Shown piece after piece: positions 18,066 through 29,272 of a stretch of DNA of 62,695 bases (the stretch's first letter is position 1; the number at the start of each line of letters is the position of its first letter). This DNA comes from a candidate division WOR-1 bacterium RIFCSPHIGHO2_01_FULL_53_15 (GTDB lineage: Bacteria; Margulisbacteria; WOR-1; O2-12-FULL-45-9; XYB2-FULL-48-7). Below the pieces are notes generated by a model. It did no database searches, was not told the DNA's origin, and worked only from the letters and a program-made list of their open reading frames with translations. The stretch is taken from positions 21,776-84,470 of the forward strand of contig METM01000027.1 in NCBI GenBank assembly GCA_001772335.1, read 5' to 3'. A program made the position numbers and the translations under genes.

Positions 18066-18911
18066 ATGAGAAAAATCGTCGGCCTTATCGGTTATCCGCT
18101 CGGCCACAGCGTCTCGCCGGCCATGCACAACGCCGCCTTTAAAGAGCTTGGCCTCGATTACGAGTATATCCCGTTCGAGGTGGAGCCGGCCGACCTCAAA
18201 GAAGCCCTGCCCGGCCTGCGCGCCCTCCACATCGCCGGCTTCAACGTCACCATTCCACACAAGGAGGCGATCGTTCCCCTGCTTGACGATGTGACCAAGC
18301 TCGCCGCCACGATCGGCGCCGTTAACACCGTCGTCAATCAGGATAGCAAACTGATCGGCTACAACACCGACGGCCCCGGCTTTATCGAATCGCTGAAAGA
18401 AGACGCCAATTTTGAGCCGGCGGGAAAACGCGTGGTCGTTCTGGGCGCCGGCGGCGTCAGCCGCGCCGTTTCTGTCATGCTAGCGGAAGTTGAAGCCGCC
18501 TCGATCGTTATCGCGGATATTGTCGAAGAAAAAGCCAAAGGCCTGGCCGAATATGTCAACGATCTGTCAAAAACCAAATGCCTCGGGGCCAATATTTCCG
18601 GCCAGACGCTCAAGAACGAGATCGAACGGGCCGATCTTTTAGTCAACGCCACGCCGATCGGCATGTCGCCAAAGATCAACGATTCGCCCCTGCCCTCCGG
18701 AGTAAAATTGAACAAAAAAACCCTGGTCTATGACCTGGTCTACAACCCGGCCGAAACAAAACTCCTCAAGACGGCCAAAAAAGCGGGCTGTCGCGTTGTT
18801 TCAGGCCTGGGCCTGCTGGTCCGCCAGGGAGCGATCGCCTTTACGGTCTTTACCGGCGAGGAAGCGCCGATCGAAACCATGTGGTCGGCCGCGCGGAAAG
18901 CCCTACGTTAA
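18066..18911 (+). CDS. aroE: shikimate dehydrogenase
   Basis: IGYPLGHSVSPAMHNAAF, NVTIPHK, NTD and GAGG motifs. Confidence 0.9.
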   Translation: MRKIVGLIGYPLGHSVSPAMHNAAFKELGLDYEYIPFEVEPADLKEALPGLRALHIAGFNVTIPHKEAIVPLLDDVTKLAATIGAVNTVVNQDSKLIGYNTDGPGFIESLKEDANFEPAGKRVVVLGAGGVSRAVSVMLAEVEAASIVIADIVEEKAKGLAEYVNDLSKTKCLGANISGQTLKNEIERADLLVNATPIGMSPKINDSPLPSGVKLNKKTLVYDLVYNPAETKLLKTAKKAGCRVVSGLGLLVRQGAIAFTVFTGEEAPIETMWSAARKALR

Positions 18912-20633
18912 CCCTTCTTTTATCGCGGTTTCATAGAACGCTTTGACCTGTTCGGCAAAAGCCCGCTCGCCCGCCACCGGCAGATCGAGCGTGCTCTCGC
19001 CGTAGAGTGCGGTCGAGACCCAGTCCAAAAACTCGGGCATGTGCTCTTCATCGTCAAGCGTCAACTTTTTGATCACCGAAATTTGTTTATCTTCGTTTCG
19101 CCCGTAAAACATGAACACTTGAGCCAGTTTAAGGAACGAATCGCCGCCCAGCAGTTCGTCTGCCCGGAGCGCGCGAAAGAGGAGCAGGGTCATCATCGGG
19201 GAAAGGTCGGTCCCCATTATCGCCGAAAATTTTTGTCCTAATTTTTCTTCAAATATTTTTTGCTCAACGGCCTGCCTGACTGCGCGGATCAAATCGGTCG
19301 CCCCGAGAGGCTCGACCGGCCGGCCGCTGATCAGCCAGAGCAGGGCTCGCTTGGCGCGCAAATATCGATCGGTCAAAGACATCTGTCTCTCTTCAGGCCC
19401 GATCGGCAGGATGCTCTTTTTGATCAGATGTTCGATGCCGTACCAGACCATGGTCAATTCATCGAGACGGAAGTGTTCTTTGAGATCGATCAGGCGCCGG
19501 GCGCCGCTCTGCAAGACCTCTTCGAGCGCCTCTAGGACGGCAAGATCGCAGCCCTCCGATCGGATCTGATCGATCGCCTCCTTTTTGGAGAATACTTTCT
19601 GCCTTTGCTCGATGCCGCCGCGACGCAAAGAATATTCGCCTTCGGACTTGTGGAGGCGATCGCTGGTCATGCCGTCAAAACGGTCGGCCACCATGATTAT
19701 TTGTATCGCGAGCTGTTGTTCGGGCGTCAATACTCCTTCACGGGCCCAGGCAGGGTAATCTTTTTTAATGTCATGGTGGTGCTGGACCGGAGGAATAATA
19801 TTTTTTAGCCACATTATTCCCGAAAGAAAATAGATGCTGACCGACAGGTGCTCATTGAGAAGCACGATCTCGTCTTTATTCGGCCGGGGGAGTTTGAGCG
19901 TCGCGGCGGGGATGCCTAATTTGCCGATATCATGCAGCAGGCTGGCTGTCTTGATCCGCTGAAAAAGCTTGCCGTCGACGGGAATGCCAAGGGCGGCGGC
20001 GATCTTCGCCGCATAGAAAGTGACAACGCCGGAGTGGACCGCCGTGCCGGGATCATGGAGCTGGATCGCTTTCAGCATGATATTGATGATAAAGTTGACG
20101 TGGTCATGATCGTCCGCTTCCGACGCGTTGGCCAGGATTATAAAATCATTCGTCAGGCTATAAATGTAGGCGGCGGCCTCAAATTCATCCGGCATGCTTA
20201 GCGTCGCGATCGCGGAGCCAGCCATGGTCCTCATAAGCTCTTCCGCGAGCAGCTGTTCTACCTGCGGCCGGGTCACTCCCAGCCGCGCCAGGATCACAGG
20301 CAGTTGACTTGTTCCGCCATAGACCCGGAGCTTTTCCGTCAGCCAACCAGTCAGGTTTTCGCCGCCCCCCTTGAGGTCAAGCTGATCGCGAAAGTTTTGA
20401 GCGCTGATGGCGCTTAGGTTGATAGTGGCGCCGGGCAGTCCAAATTGCTGAATTATCTTCGGGTCACCGACCAGCCGGATCTTTTGCGCCAAATCGCTAT
20501 CGGCTAACTGTGCCCTGGTCAAGAGTGGCCGCCGGCCGTTGGTCAGTTTTACCCCGGCACTCATCAAACGGCCAAACGCCGCAGTCGGGAATATACGAGT
20601 TTCCCCTGCTTTCATGAATGTTTTTCGCCTCAA
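18903..20633 (-). CDS. HD/HD-GYP-type domain protein with a long C-terminal extension
   Basis: H..VV..YA..IA, LLHDIGKLGIP and a second His cluster (QHHHD). The exact start is uncertain (ATG 20633 or 20615). Confidence 0.65.
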   Translation of the reverse strand: MRRKTFMKAGETRIFPTAAFGRLMSAGVKLTNGRRPLLTRAQLADSDLAQKIRLVGDPKIIQQFGLPGATINLSAISAQNFRDQLDLKGGGENLTGWLTEKLRVYGGTSQLPVILARLGVTRPQVEQLLAEELMRTMAGSAIATLSMPDEFEAAAYIYSLTNDFIILANASEADDHDHVNFIINIMLKAIQLHDPGTAVHSGVVTFYAAKIAAALGIPVDGKLFQRIKTASLLHDIGKLGIPAATLKLPRPNKDEIVLLNEHLSVSIYFLSGIMWLKNIIPPVQHHHDIKKDYPAWAREGVLTPEQQLAIQIIMVADRFDGMTSDRLHKSEGEYSLRRGGIEQRQKVFSKKEAIDQIRSEGCDLAVLEALEEVLQSGARRLIDLKEHFRLDELTMVWYGIEHLIKKSILPIGPEERQMSLTDRYLRAKRALLWLISGRPVEPLGATDLIRAVRQAVEQKIFEEKLGQKFSAIMGTDLSPMMTLLLFRALRADELLGGDSFLKLAQVFMFYGRNEDKQISVIKKLTLDDEEHMPEFLDWVSTALYGESTLDLPVAGERAFAEQVKAFYETAIKEGLT

Positions 20634-20695
20634 ATATCTGGGAATTTCATGATATTTGACCGGCGATTTTTCGCCAGCACGGCCAAGATCAAGCG

Positions 20696-20711
20696 TGGCA
20701 ATAATCTTGCT
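20696..20711 (+). promoter_or_regulatory. sigma54-type -24/-12 promoter candidate
   Basis: TGGCAATAATCTTGCT fits TGGCAC-N5-TTGCW with the correct GG/GC spacing. It lies 13 nt upstream of the gspE-like ATG. Confidence 0.4.
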
Positions 20712-20723
20712 TCCTTTTAATTA

Positions 20724-21716
20724 ATGGAAACTAACGGGGTAACTGAACTATTCGATGAGATATTGGCCAAAGCCCTTGGGATGAGTGCCTCTGACATTCA
20801 CATCGAGCCCCGTGAGGATTTTGTTCGCGTCCGCTACCGGGTTGACGGCCTGCTTCAGGAGGCGCCGCCGGTCAACAAAGTCCGGCAGGCGGCGCTGATC
20901 TCGCGCGTCAAGGTCATGGTTAACCTCGATATCGCCGAAACGCGCCTGCCGCAGGACGGCCGCACCGACTTAAAGATCGGTAAAAGCCACATCGACCTGC
21001 GCGTCTCGACCCTGCCGACCATCCACGGCGAAAAGATCGTCCTGCGGCTCCTCAACCGGCGGCAAGCGCACCTGAAATTAGAAGAACTGGGCATGGAAAA
21101 AGATTCCCTCGACGCCTACAAAAGCATTATCGCGAAAAAGACCGGCCTCGTCCTGGTAACCGGGCCGACCGGCTCGGGGAAAACGACCACTCTTTACGCG
21201 ACGCTAGCTGAACTTAATTCCAAAGAGGTAAATATCATGACAGTTGAGGACCCGGTCGAGTATCAATTGCCGGGGATCAACCAGATCCAGGTCAATAATA
21301 AGTCGGGGCTGACCTTCGCGCGCGGCCTGCGCAGTATCCTGCGCCAGGACCCCGACATCATCATGATTGGCGAGATCCGCGACCTCGAGACGGCGCGGGT
21401 CGCCATACAGTCGGCGCTGACCGGGCACCTCGTCTTTTCGACCCTGCACACTAATGACGCCCCCTCGGCCGTCACGCGCCTCATGGAGATGGGGATCGAA
21501 AAATACCTGGTTGAGGCAACGGTTCTCGGCGTCGTCGCCCAGCGCCTCGTGAGAAAGACCGCGCCGGCCGGTTACAAAGGTCGTTTAGGCATCTATGCGG
21601 TCATGACCGGCTTTGCGCCGCAGGCCGGCATGAGATCATTGCGGGATGACGCGCTGTTGAAAGTTAAGAGAGGGCTAACTAATGTTGAGGAAATTGACCG
21701 GGTTCTTTCCCTGTAA
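20724..21716 (+). CDS. GspE/PilB-family secretion ATPase (ATPase core only)
   Basis: ASDIHIEP, Walker A GPTGSGKTTTL, Asp box, Walker B PDIIMIGEIRD and His box TGHLVFSTLH. Confidence 0.85.
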   Translation: METNGVTELFDEILAKALGMSASDIHIEPREDFVRVRYRVDGLLQEAPPVNKVRQAALISRVKVMVNLDIAETRLPQDGRTDLKIGKSHIDLRVSTLPTIHGEKIVLRLLNRRQAHLKLEELGMEKDSLDAYKSIIAKKTGLVLVTGPTGSGKTTTLYATLAELNSKEVNIMTVEDPVEYQLPGINQIQVNNKSGLTFARGLRSILRQDPDIIMIGEIRDLETARVAIQSALTGHLVFSTLHTNDAPSAVTRLMEMGIEKYLVEATVLGVVAQRLVRKTAPAGYKGRLGIYAVMTGFAPQAGMRSLRDDALLKVKRGLTNVEEIDRVLSL

Positions 21717-21939
21717 GTTTTAATAAGTCGGTAGCCATTTTCCTGATCACTTCGAACAGGCGCTTGACGGCCAGCTGGGGGCTGACCCGGTAGCAGGTCC
21801 GGCAGGCCTCGAAACGGAGATTGGGGGCCGAACAGCATTCTTCGCTGTAATAAATACAGCGGCGCGCCGGTCTTTTGAGCCGCAGACTTTCGATCTGATT
21901 GGCAGCGCCGCTCTCTTCGATCCTCAAGTAATTCTCCAT
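21679..21939 (-). CDS. small Cys-rich hypothetical protein
   Basis: 86-aa ORF with C..(8)..CC..(8)..C..C. It converges on and overlaps the gspE-like 3' end by 38 nt. Weak call. Confidence 0.25.
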   Translation of the reverse strand: MENYLRIEESGAANQIESLRLKRPARRCIYYSEECCSAPNLRFEACRTCYRVSPQLAVKRLFEVIRKMATDLLKLTGKEPGQFPQH

Positions 21940-22007
21940 GGCGAATATTTATCGATGGCTCGCCGCGAAAATTGCAACCATTCTTAATTCCCTGATATAC
22001 TTAAGTC

Positions 22008-22727
22008 ATGATTGCCCTGCGCCTCCTCCATACGGCGTTCCTGATCTGTCTGATCATGATCAGTTACTTTGTCGGGACGGCGCTCGCGCTCTGCTTCACC
22101 CCCTTTGTCCGGCCGCGCACGCGCGTTTTTCAGGCCGCCGCCCATTACTGGGCGAGGTTCCTCTCTTTTTTTGCCGGGATCAAAGTGACGGCCGGAGGGC
22201 TTGAGAATATCCCGCGAGGCCAACCCCTAATCTTTGTCGCCAACCACCAGGGAGCGGCCGATATCCCGATCCTCCTCGCTTATCTGCCGGTCCGTTTCCG
22301 GTTCGCCATCAAAAAAGAGCTGTTCAATATCCCGGTCTTCGGCTGGTTCCTGCGGCAGGCGGGTTATTTCCCGATCGACCGCGAGATAATTCTTTCGGCT
22401 TACAAGATGATCGAGCGGATAATTGAAATTTTGAAGTCGGGCGAGTCGGTCATGATCTTCCCCGAAGGGACGCGCAGCCGGGACGGCACACTGGGGAAAT
22501 TCAAGCGGGGCAGTTTGATGGCCGCGCTCAAATCCGGCGCCCCGATCATCCCCATCGCCATTTCCGGCAGTTACGGCATCATGCCGCGCGGCACGTATCT
22601 TATCAAGCCCAGCCCGGTCAAGCTCTCCGTCGGCCAGCCGATCTACATAAAGACGGAAGAAGAATATGACAATAAGGTCGAGGAGGTCAGGAAAGTTATT
22701 GCAGAGATGCTGTCAGCGCGTCCTTGA
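22008..22727 (+). CDS. plsC: 1-acyl-sn-glycerol-3-phosphate acyltransferase
   Basis: FVANHQGAADI (HX4D) and FPEGTRS motifs. Confidence 0.85.
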   Translation: MIALRLLHTAFLICLIMISYFVGTALALCFTPFVRPRTRVFQAAAHYWARFLSFFAGIKVTAGGLENIPRGQPLIFVANHQGAADIPILLAYLPVRFRFAIKKELFNIPVFGWFLRQAGYFPIDREIILSAYKMIERIIEILKSGESVMIFPEGTRSRDGTLGKFKRGSLMAALKSGAPIIPIAISGSYGIMPRGTYLIKPSPVKLSVGQPIYIKTEEEYDNKVEEVRKVIAEMLSARP

Positions 22728-24066
22728 TCCCCGCCGCGCCGTCTAATTTTATTTTCGCCTTCTTTAATTCTTTGAGATTCGCATTCGGCAGATAAACTGT
22801 TTGAAAACCAAGCTTCTCCGCCTCCCGCACCCTCTGTTCGGCGTGGTTAACCGAGCGCAGCTCGCCAGCCAGCCCGATCTCGCCGATGGCCAGCGCTTTT
22901 TGATCGATTGGCCTATTCTTGTAGCCCGAAGCGATAGCCAGCGCGATCGGCAGGTCGATCGCCGGCTCGACCGTGCGCACGCCGCCGGCGGCGTTGACGT
23001 AGATATCCATTGAAGAGAGCTTAAAGCCGAGATGGCGCTCGAGGACCGCGATGACGATCGCCACGCGGTTGTAATCGACGCCGGTCGCTTTCCTGATCGG
23101 ATAAGCCATCTTGGTCGGCGCCACCAGCGCCTGGATCTCGACGAGGAGCGGCCGCGTCCCTTCGATCGCCGCGGTGATGACCGAGCCGGGCGACTTCTCC
23201 GGCCGCTCGGAGAGGAAAACCTCCGACGGGTTGGCAACTTCGACCAGGCCGCGCTCCTTCATCTCAAAAATGCCGACCTCGTTGGTCGAGCCGAAACGGT
23301 TCTTGGTCGCCCGCAGCAGCCGGTACTGCTTGTGCTGTTCGCCCTCGAAGTAGAGCACGGTGTCGACAACATGTTCGAGCACGCGCGGGCCGGCCACCGT
23401 CCCCTCTTTGGTCACGTGGCCGACAATAAAGATCGGGATGCCGGTTGATTTGGCGATCCTGACCAGATAGGCGGCGCACTCCCTGACCTGGGCGACCGAG
23501 CTCGCCGCCGAGGCGACATCATCGCGGAAGATCGTCTGGATCGAATCGATGACGACAAATTGCGGTTTAACCTCTTCGATCGCTCGCTCGATGGCGAAAA
23601 GATCGGTCTCGGGATAAAGGATCAGCGTTTTTGAAAGGGTCCCCAGCCGCTCTGCCCGCAACCTTATCTGTTTGGCCGACTCCTCACCGGAAACATAGAG
23701 GACTTTCGAGTTCTTGGCTAAAGCTTCTGCTGCTTGCAACATCATGGTCGACTTGCCGATCCCCGGCTCCCCGGCCACCAGCACGACCGAGCCGGCCACC
23801 ATTCCTCCCCCCAAAACCCTGTCCAATTCCCCCATCCCCGTCGCCATTCTCTCTTCATTATTAAAGTCAATTTCGGTGATCGGCGTCGGTTTTTCCTGTT
23901 TGGGATTTTGGATTTGTGATTTGTTTTGAAGTTTGGATCTTGAAGTTTGAAGTTCTTCCGTTAGAGTATTCCATTCCCCACAAACCGGACATTGCCCGTA
24001 CCATCTCGGGAATTCATTGCCGCACGACTGGCAGAGAAAGTGGGTTTCGGGTTTGGATGCTATCAT
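22696..24066 (-). CDS. radA: DNA repair protein RadA
   Basis: N-terminal C4 zinc finger (FLCQSCG..CPVCGEW), Walker A GEPGIGKST, KNRFG motif and a Lon-like C-terminus. Confidence 0.95.
   Translation of the reverse strand: MIASKPETHFLCQSCGNEFPRWYGQCPVCGEWNTLTEELQTSRSKLQNKSQIQNPKQEKPTPITEIDFNNEERMATGMGELDRVLGGGMVAGSVVLVAGEPGIGKSTMMLQAAEALAKNSKVLYVSGEESAKQIRLRAERLGTLSKTLILYPETDLFAIERAIEEVKPQFVVIDSIQTIFRDDVASAASSVAQVRECAAYLVRIAKSTGIPIFIVGHVTKEGTVAGPRVLEHVVDTVLYFEGEQHKQYRLLRATKNRFGSTNEVGIFEMKERGLVEVANPSEVFLSERPEKSPGSVITAAIEGTRPLLVEIQALVAPTKMAYPIRKATGVDYNRVAIVIAVLERHLGFKLSSMDIYVNAAGGVRTVEPAIDLPIALAIASGYKNRPIDQKALAIGEIGLAGELRSVNHAEQRVREAEKLGFQTVYLPNANLKELKKAKIKLDGAAGIKDALTASLQ
23900..23955. repeat. 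heptamer repeats (TTGGATT / TTGAAGT types) in the radA zinc-finger/ATPase linker
   Basis: tgggatt ttggatt tgtgatt ... ttgaagt ttggatc ttgaagt ttgaagt, encoding LQTSRSKLQNKSQIQNPKQ. Confidence 0.75.
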
Positions 24067-24073
24067 AAAGCGG

Positions 24074-24349
24074 TTATTGATTCTTTATAAAGTTTTTAAT
24101 CTCATTGTGATTGCCAACAATGAGGAAGGTTATTGAATCATTAGAAAAAGATAATAATATTCGATCCTTGAGAGATGATCGGATTTCCCAAATATCTTCG
24201 CGCAAATGCTTCAGGCCCAGACCCTCTGTTTTGCCCCCTGATTCATAAAATCCTATCAGCGCCTGAATCGCATCAAGCGCTTTCTCTTGCTTTTCGAACT
24301 GCAGTTTTTTAAATGTTCTTTTGAATGAATTTTTCCGCTCATATCTCAC
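24074..24349 (-). CDS. RelE/ParE-superfamily toxin-like protein
   Basis: 91 aa, with F.K.FKKL....Q..........L...P......LKHL...IWE.R......R.L pattern. Overlaps the upstream small gene by 4 nt. Confidence 0.55.
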   Translation of the reverse strand: MRYERKNSFKRTFKKLQFEKQEKALDAIQALIGFYESGGKTEGLGLKHLREDIWEIRSSLKDRILLSFSNDSITFLIVGNHNEIKNFIKNQ

Positions 24350-24588
24350 TTCTTCATTAATCCCTTTAAATGCCCTATCAGTTCTTTTCCTGATTTAAAC
24401 GCTCTTCCTTTATCTTTTTTCAGAGATATTATTTTGCCCCATTCTTCTTCAGTGAATTCCTCTTCATTTTTGCTTGGCCCTCCCCACAGCCATTTAATAA
24501 AGTCCAAGGCCTCCATTTGCTTGATCGGCGGAAGTTTTCGAGCGTAAAACAGGATTTCGTTCTGTAGTTTTTTGATCGGTTTTTTCAC
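24346..24588 (-). CDS. DUF2281-like putative antitoxin
   Basis: KLPPIKQMEALDFIKWL resembles the DUF2281 core. The GTG at 24588 preceded by GGAGG is preferred. The maximal ORF extends to 24648. Confidence 0.45.
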   Translation of the reverse strand: MKKPIKKLQNEILFYARKLPPIKQMEALDFIKWLWGGPSKNEEEFTEEEWGKIISLKKDKGRAFKSGKELIGHLKGLMKK

Positions 24589-24677
24589 TTTTTCTTCACC
24601 TCCAAACCATATAAGTAAATTATACCATTCCCGACTGAAATTTTCCATGAAATGTAACGATAATTAGGCAGGACAAA

Positions 24678-24720
24678 GCCCGCCAAAGGCGGGCAGGCGC
24701 GAGTCCCGATTTATCGGGAC
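24678..24720 (-). terminator. two adjacent GC-rich hairpins (possible insulator/terminator upstream of the TA cassette)
   Basis: GCCCGCC-AAA-GGCGGGC (24678-24694) and GTCCCGAT-TT-ATCGGGAC (24703-24720). On the minus strand the first is followed by CTTTGT. Confidence 0.3.
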
Positions 24721-24890
24721 GAGCCTATGTTCTACACAGCGAGGAGCCATTTTAATGGTCATGGGAATAAACAGCAATATTTTTTAGGCCAACTGCCGTC
24801 TATCGCGGGCCCGATCGAAATAATCAGCCAAATGCGGTCATAACTACCCGCGGCTGCCGAGGGACAACCTGAAGCTTCTTTTGCCCCTTA

Positions 24891-24938
24891 AATTCCGGCG
24901 CAAAACTGGCAGAAAAAGTGGGCTTCGGCTTTGGGCAT
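24891..24938 (-). pseudogene. orphan duplicate of the radA 5' end
   Basis: 24906-24934 matches radA 24028-24056 at 26/29 nt. It would read MPKAEAHFFCQFCAGI* versus radA MIASKPETHFLCQSCGNEF. It keeps the same short spacing to the preceding stop codon as radA itself: 6 nt here and 7 nt at radA. Confidence 0.6.
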
Positions 24939-24944
24939 ATCCTG

Positions 24945-25172
24945 TTATAAAAGACCGGCCAAATCTTCAAGGCCTATTCCAGCATCACGAATCAGCTTTC
25001 GAATAAGCCCTTTGCCTAATTCTTTGTGGCGTGGAATCGTCAATGGCTTTTTGGCCTTATCGCTCTGATGATGCATCCGGACATGGCTCCCCTTCTGCCG
25101 GCTTATTTCATAGCCCAATTTCTTGAAACATCCGATCGCTTTGTCTCCGGAGAGTGTCGGCAACTTAGGCAT
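24945..25172 (-). CDS. hicA: HicA-family toxin
   Basis: LSGDKAIGCFKKLGYEISRQKGSHVRM.H......LTIPRHKELGKGLIRKLIRDAGI is canonical HicA/YcfA. Confidence 0.85.
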   Translation of the reverse strand: MPKLPTLSGDKAIGCFKKLGYEISRQKGSHVRMHHQSDKAKKPLTIPRHKELGKGLIRKLIRDAGIGLEDLAGLL

Positions 25173-25401
25173 GTGAAAGAGTTAAAAAACTGATCTCTTT
25201 GGGGTTGTAGCCCTTCAGAATTTCCTTGTTGTTCTTTTCCTCGAGGCAAAGATCGATCACTTCTTTAATGTTCTTAATCGCCGCGTCCAGCGTCCTGCCT
25301 TGAGTGTAACAGCTTTTAAAGATCGGACATTCGACAACATAATAGCCGTCCTCATCTTTTTCAACAATAATCGGCAGAAAGTGTTTCATAGTCATTGACA
25401 C
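25165..25401 (-). CDS. hicB: HicB-family antitoxin
   Basis: IIVEKDEDGYYVVECP....CYTQGRTLDAAIKNIKEVIDLCLEE. Overlaps hicA by 8 nt. Confidence 0.8.
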   Translation of the reverse strand: MSMTMKHFLPIIVEKDEDGYYVVECPIFKSCYTQGRTLDAAIKNIKEVIDLCLEEKNNKEILKGYNPKEISFLTLSHA

Positions 25402-25481
25402 CTCCAGTTTTGATTATATCATTCTCATCTCAAATATTCCATCTAACTGAAATTTCCCCGCTCCAACAAGGATATAAAGGC

Positions 25482-26408
25482 ATGAACATCAGCGCCGCCA
25501 TCCTCCTTTACAACACCCACCTCTTCGGCGACACGCTGCCGATCATGTCTGAGAAACACACCCATGAGGATAAGTTCCGCGCCTTCGCTATTGCTGATGC
25601 GGTTGAAGCCACCGATGCCGATGTCGTACTGCTGACCGAGGTCTGGGATAAAAATCTTGCTAAAATCATCCTGGCCCAAACTGCCGACCACTACCCCAAT
25701 AGCTACCTGCCGGAACAGCGTAATATTTTTGGCTTTGGCAGCGGTCTGCTGATCCTAAGCAAGTTTGCCATCATTGATCCCTCCACAACCAAATACAGCT
25801 GGCTGATCGGCAGCGATATTTTTTCTCAAAAGGGCTTTATCGTGGCTAATCTGGATCTCCCCGGCGGCCCGCTGGGACTTTTCCTCACCCACGTCCAATC
25901 GCACAACGGACTGCTTGAATATGTACAAGCACGCGCGTCAAATCTAAAACAATTAGCGGAAGCGGTCGCGGCCTATAAACAGGTTCACCCTGCCCGGCCC
26001 GTCCTTGTGGCCGGCGACCTCAATGTTGTGGCAGAAGAACCTGGTCAACCGACAAAGGAATATAAGGCCATGACCGAATTGTTTGGCGGAAGAAAGCTGA
26101 TTGACCTGGCGCGCCAATTCTACCCCAACTCCCAGGCCTGGCCCGGTTTCACCTATGATTCACTGCATAATACTCTGATCCCTCAATTTAACCCGGAAAT
26201 TGCGGAAGACCATGGCCAGGAACGTATTGATTACTTTTTCGGCACGCCAGACATCAAGCCCATCGCCATCACAACTGACCCGGCCAATAACCAGAGCGTT
26301 TTCAAGTCCGATTACCGCTATAACAGCGGCACGGATAATTTATCGGATCATTTCCCGCTGCTGCTGGAAGTCATCGTCAAGCCTGAAGCTTCTCCTGCCG
26401 GACGCTAA
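25482..26408 (+). CDS. endonuclease/exonuclease/phosphatase (EEP) family protein
   Basis: DVVLLTEVW, VAGDLN and C-terminal LSDHFPLLLE motifs. The start is taken at the internal ATG 25482 after AAGG. Confidence 0.7.
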   Translation: MNISAAILLYNTHLFGDTLPIMSEKHTHEDKFRAFAIADAVEATDADVVLLTEVWDKNLAKIILAQTADHYPNSYLPEQRNIFGFGSGLLILSKFAIIDPSTTKYSWLIGSDIFSQKGFIVANLDLPGGPLGLFLTHVQSHNGLLEYVQARASNLKQLAEAVAAYKQVHPARPVLVAGDLNVVAEEPGQPTKEYKAMTELFGGRKLIDLARQFYPNSQAWPGFTYDSLHNTLIPQFNPEIAEDHGQERIDYFFGTPDIKPIAITTDPANNQSVFKSDYRYNSGTDNLSDHFPLLLEVIVKPEASPAGR

Positions 26409-26436
26409 GCGCGAGGAAACCGCATTTCAGTGGGGG

Positions 26437-28947
<2,511 letters not shown>

Positions 28948-28953
28948 GAGCAC

Positions 28954-28982
28954 ATTATAGCGCCTCGACAAGCTCGGCGCAA
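28954..28982 (-). promoter_or_regulatory. sigma70-like promoter giving a probable leaderless clpC mRNA
   Basis: On the minus strand: TTGCGC-N17-TATAAT, followed by only 6 nt (GTGCTC) before the clpC ATG at 28947. Confidence 0.4.
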
Positions 28983-29036
28983 GCAACCCGGGCGCAAGTT
29001 TTCACCGGTTTGAGCCGATATTTACTATATAGAGCC

Positions 29037-29255
29037 ATGTGCGCGCAAGATATGAACGAACTGAATATTGACGGGACCGCCCAGCTGACGATCGGGGACA
29101 CCACCTATCGGACGGGGGGCAACATTCTCTTTGAAAAAGACGAAGGCAAATATTATTCGGCTGAAAGCACAGTGATGGAAAAGATGAACAAGGCCGCCCA
29201 GGCCAGCATCGTGGAAAACGGCATGCAGTCGCTGCTCAAAAAGATCCGCGGCTAG
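29037..29255 (+). CDS. small hypothetical protein
   Basis: 72-aa ORF in the clpC/DUF2779 intergenic region. No motif recognised. Confidence 0.2.
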   Translation: MCAQDMNELNIDGTAQLTIGDTTYRTGGNILFEKDEGKYYSAESTVMEKMNKAAQASIVENGMQSLLKKIRG

Positions 29256-29272
29256 ATTACAAATCGCTCTCC

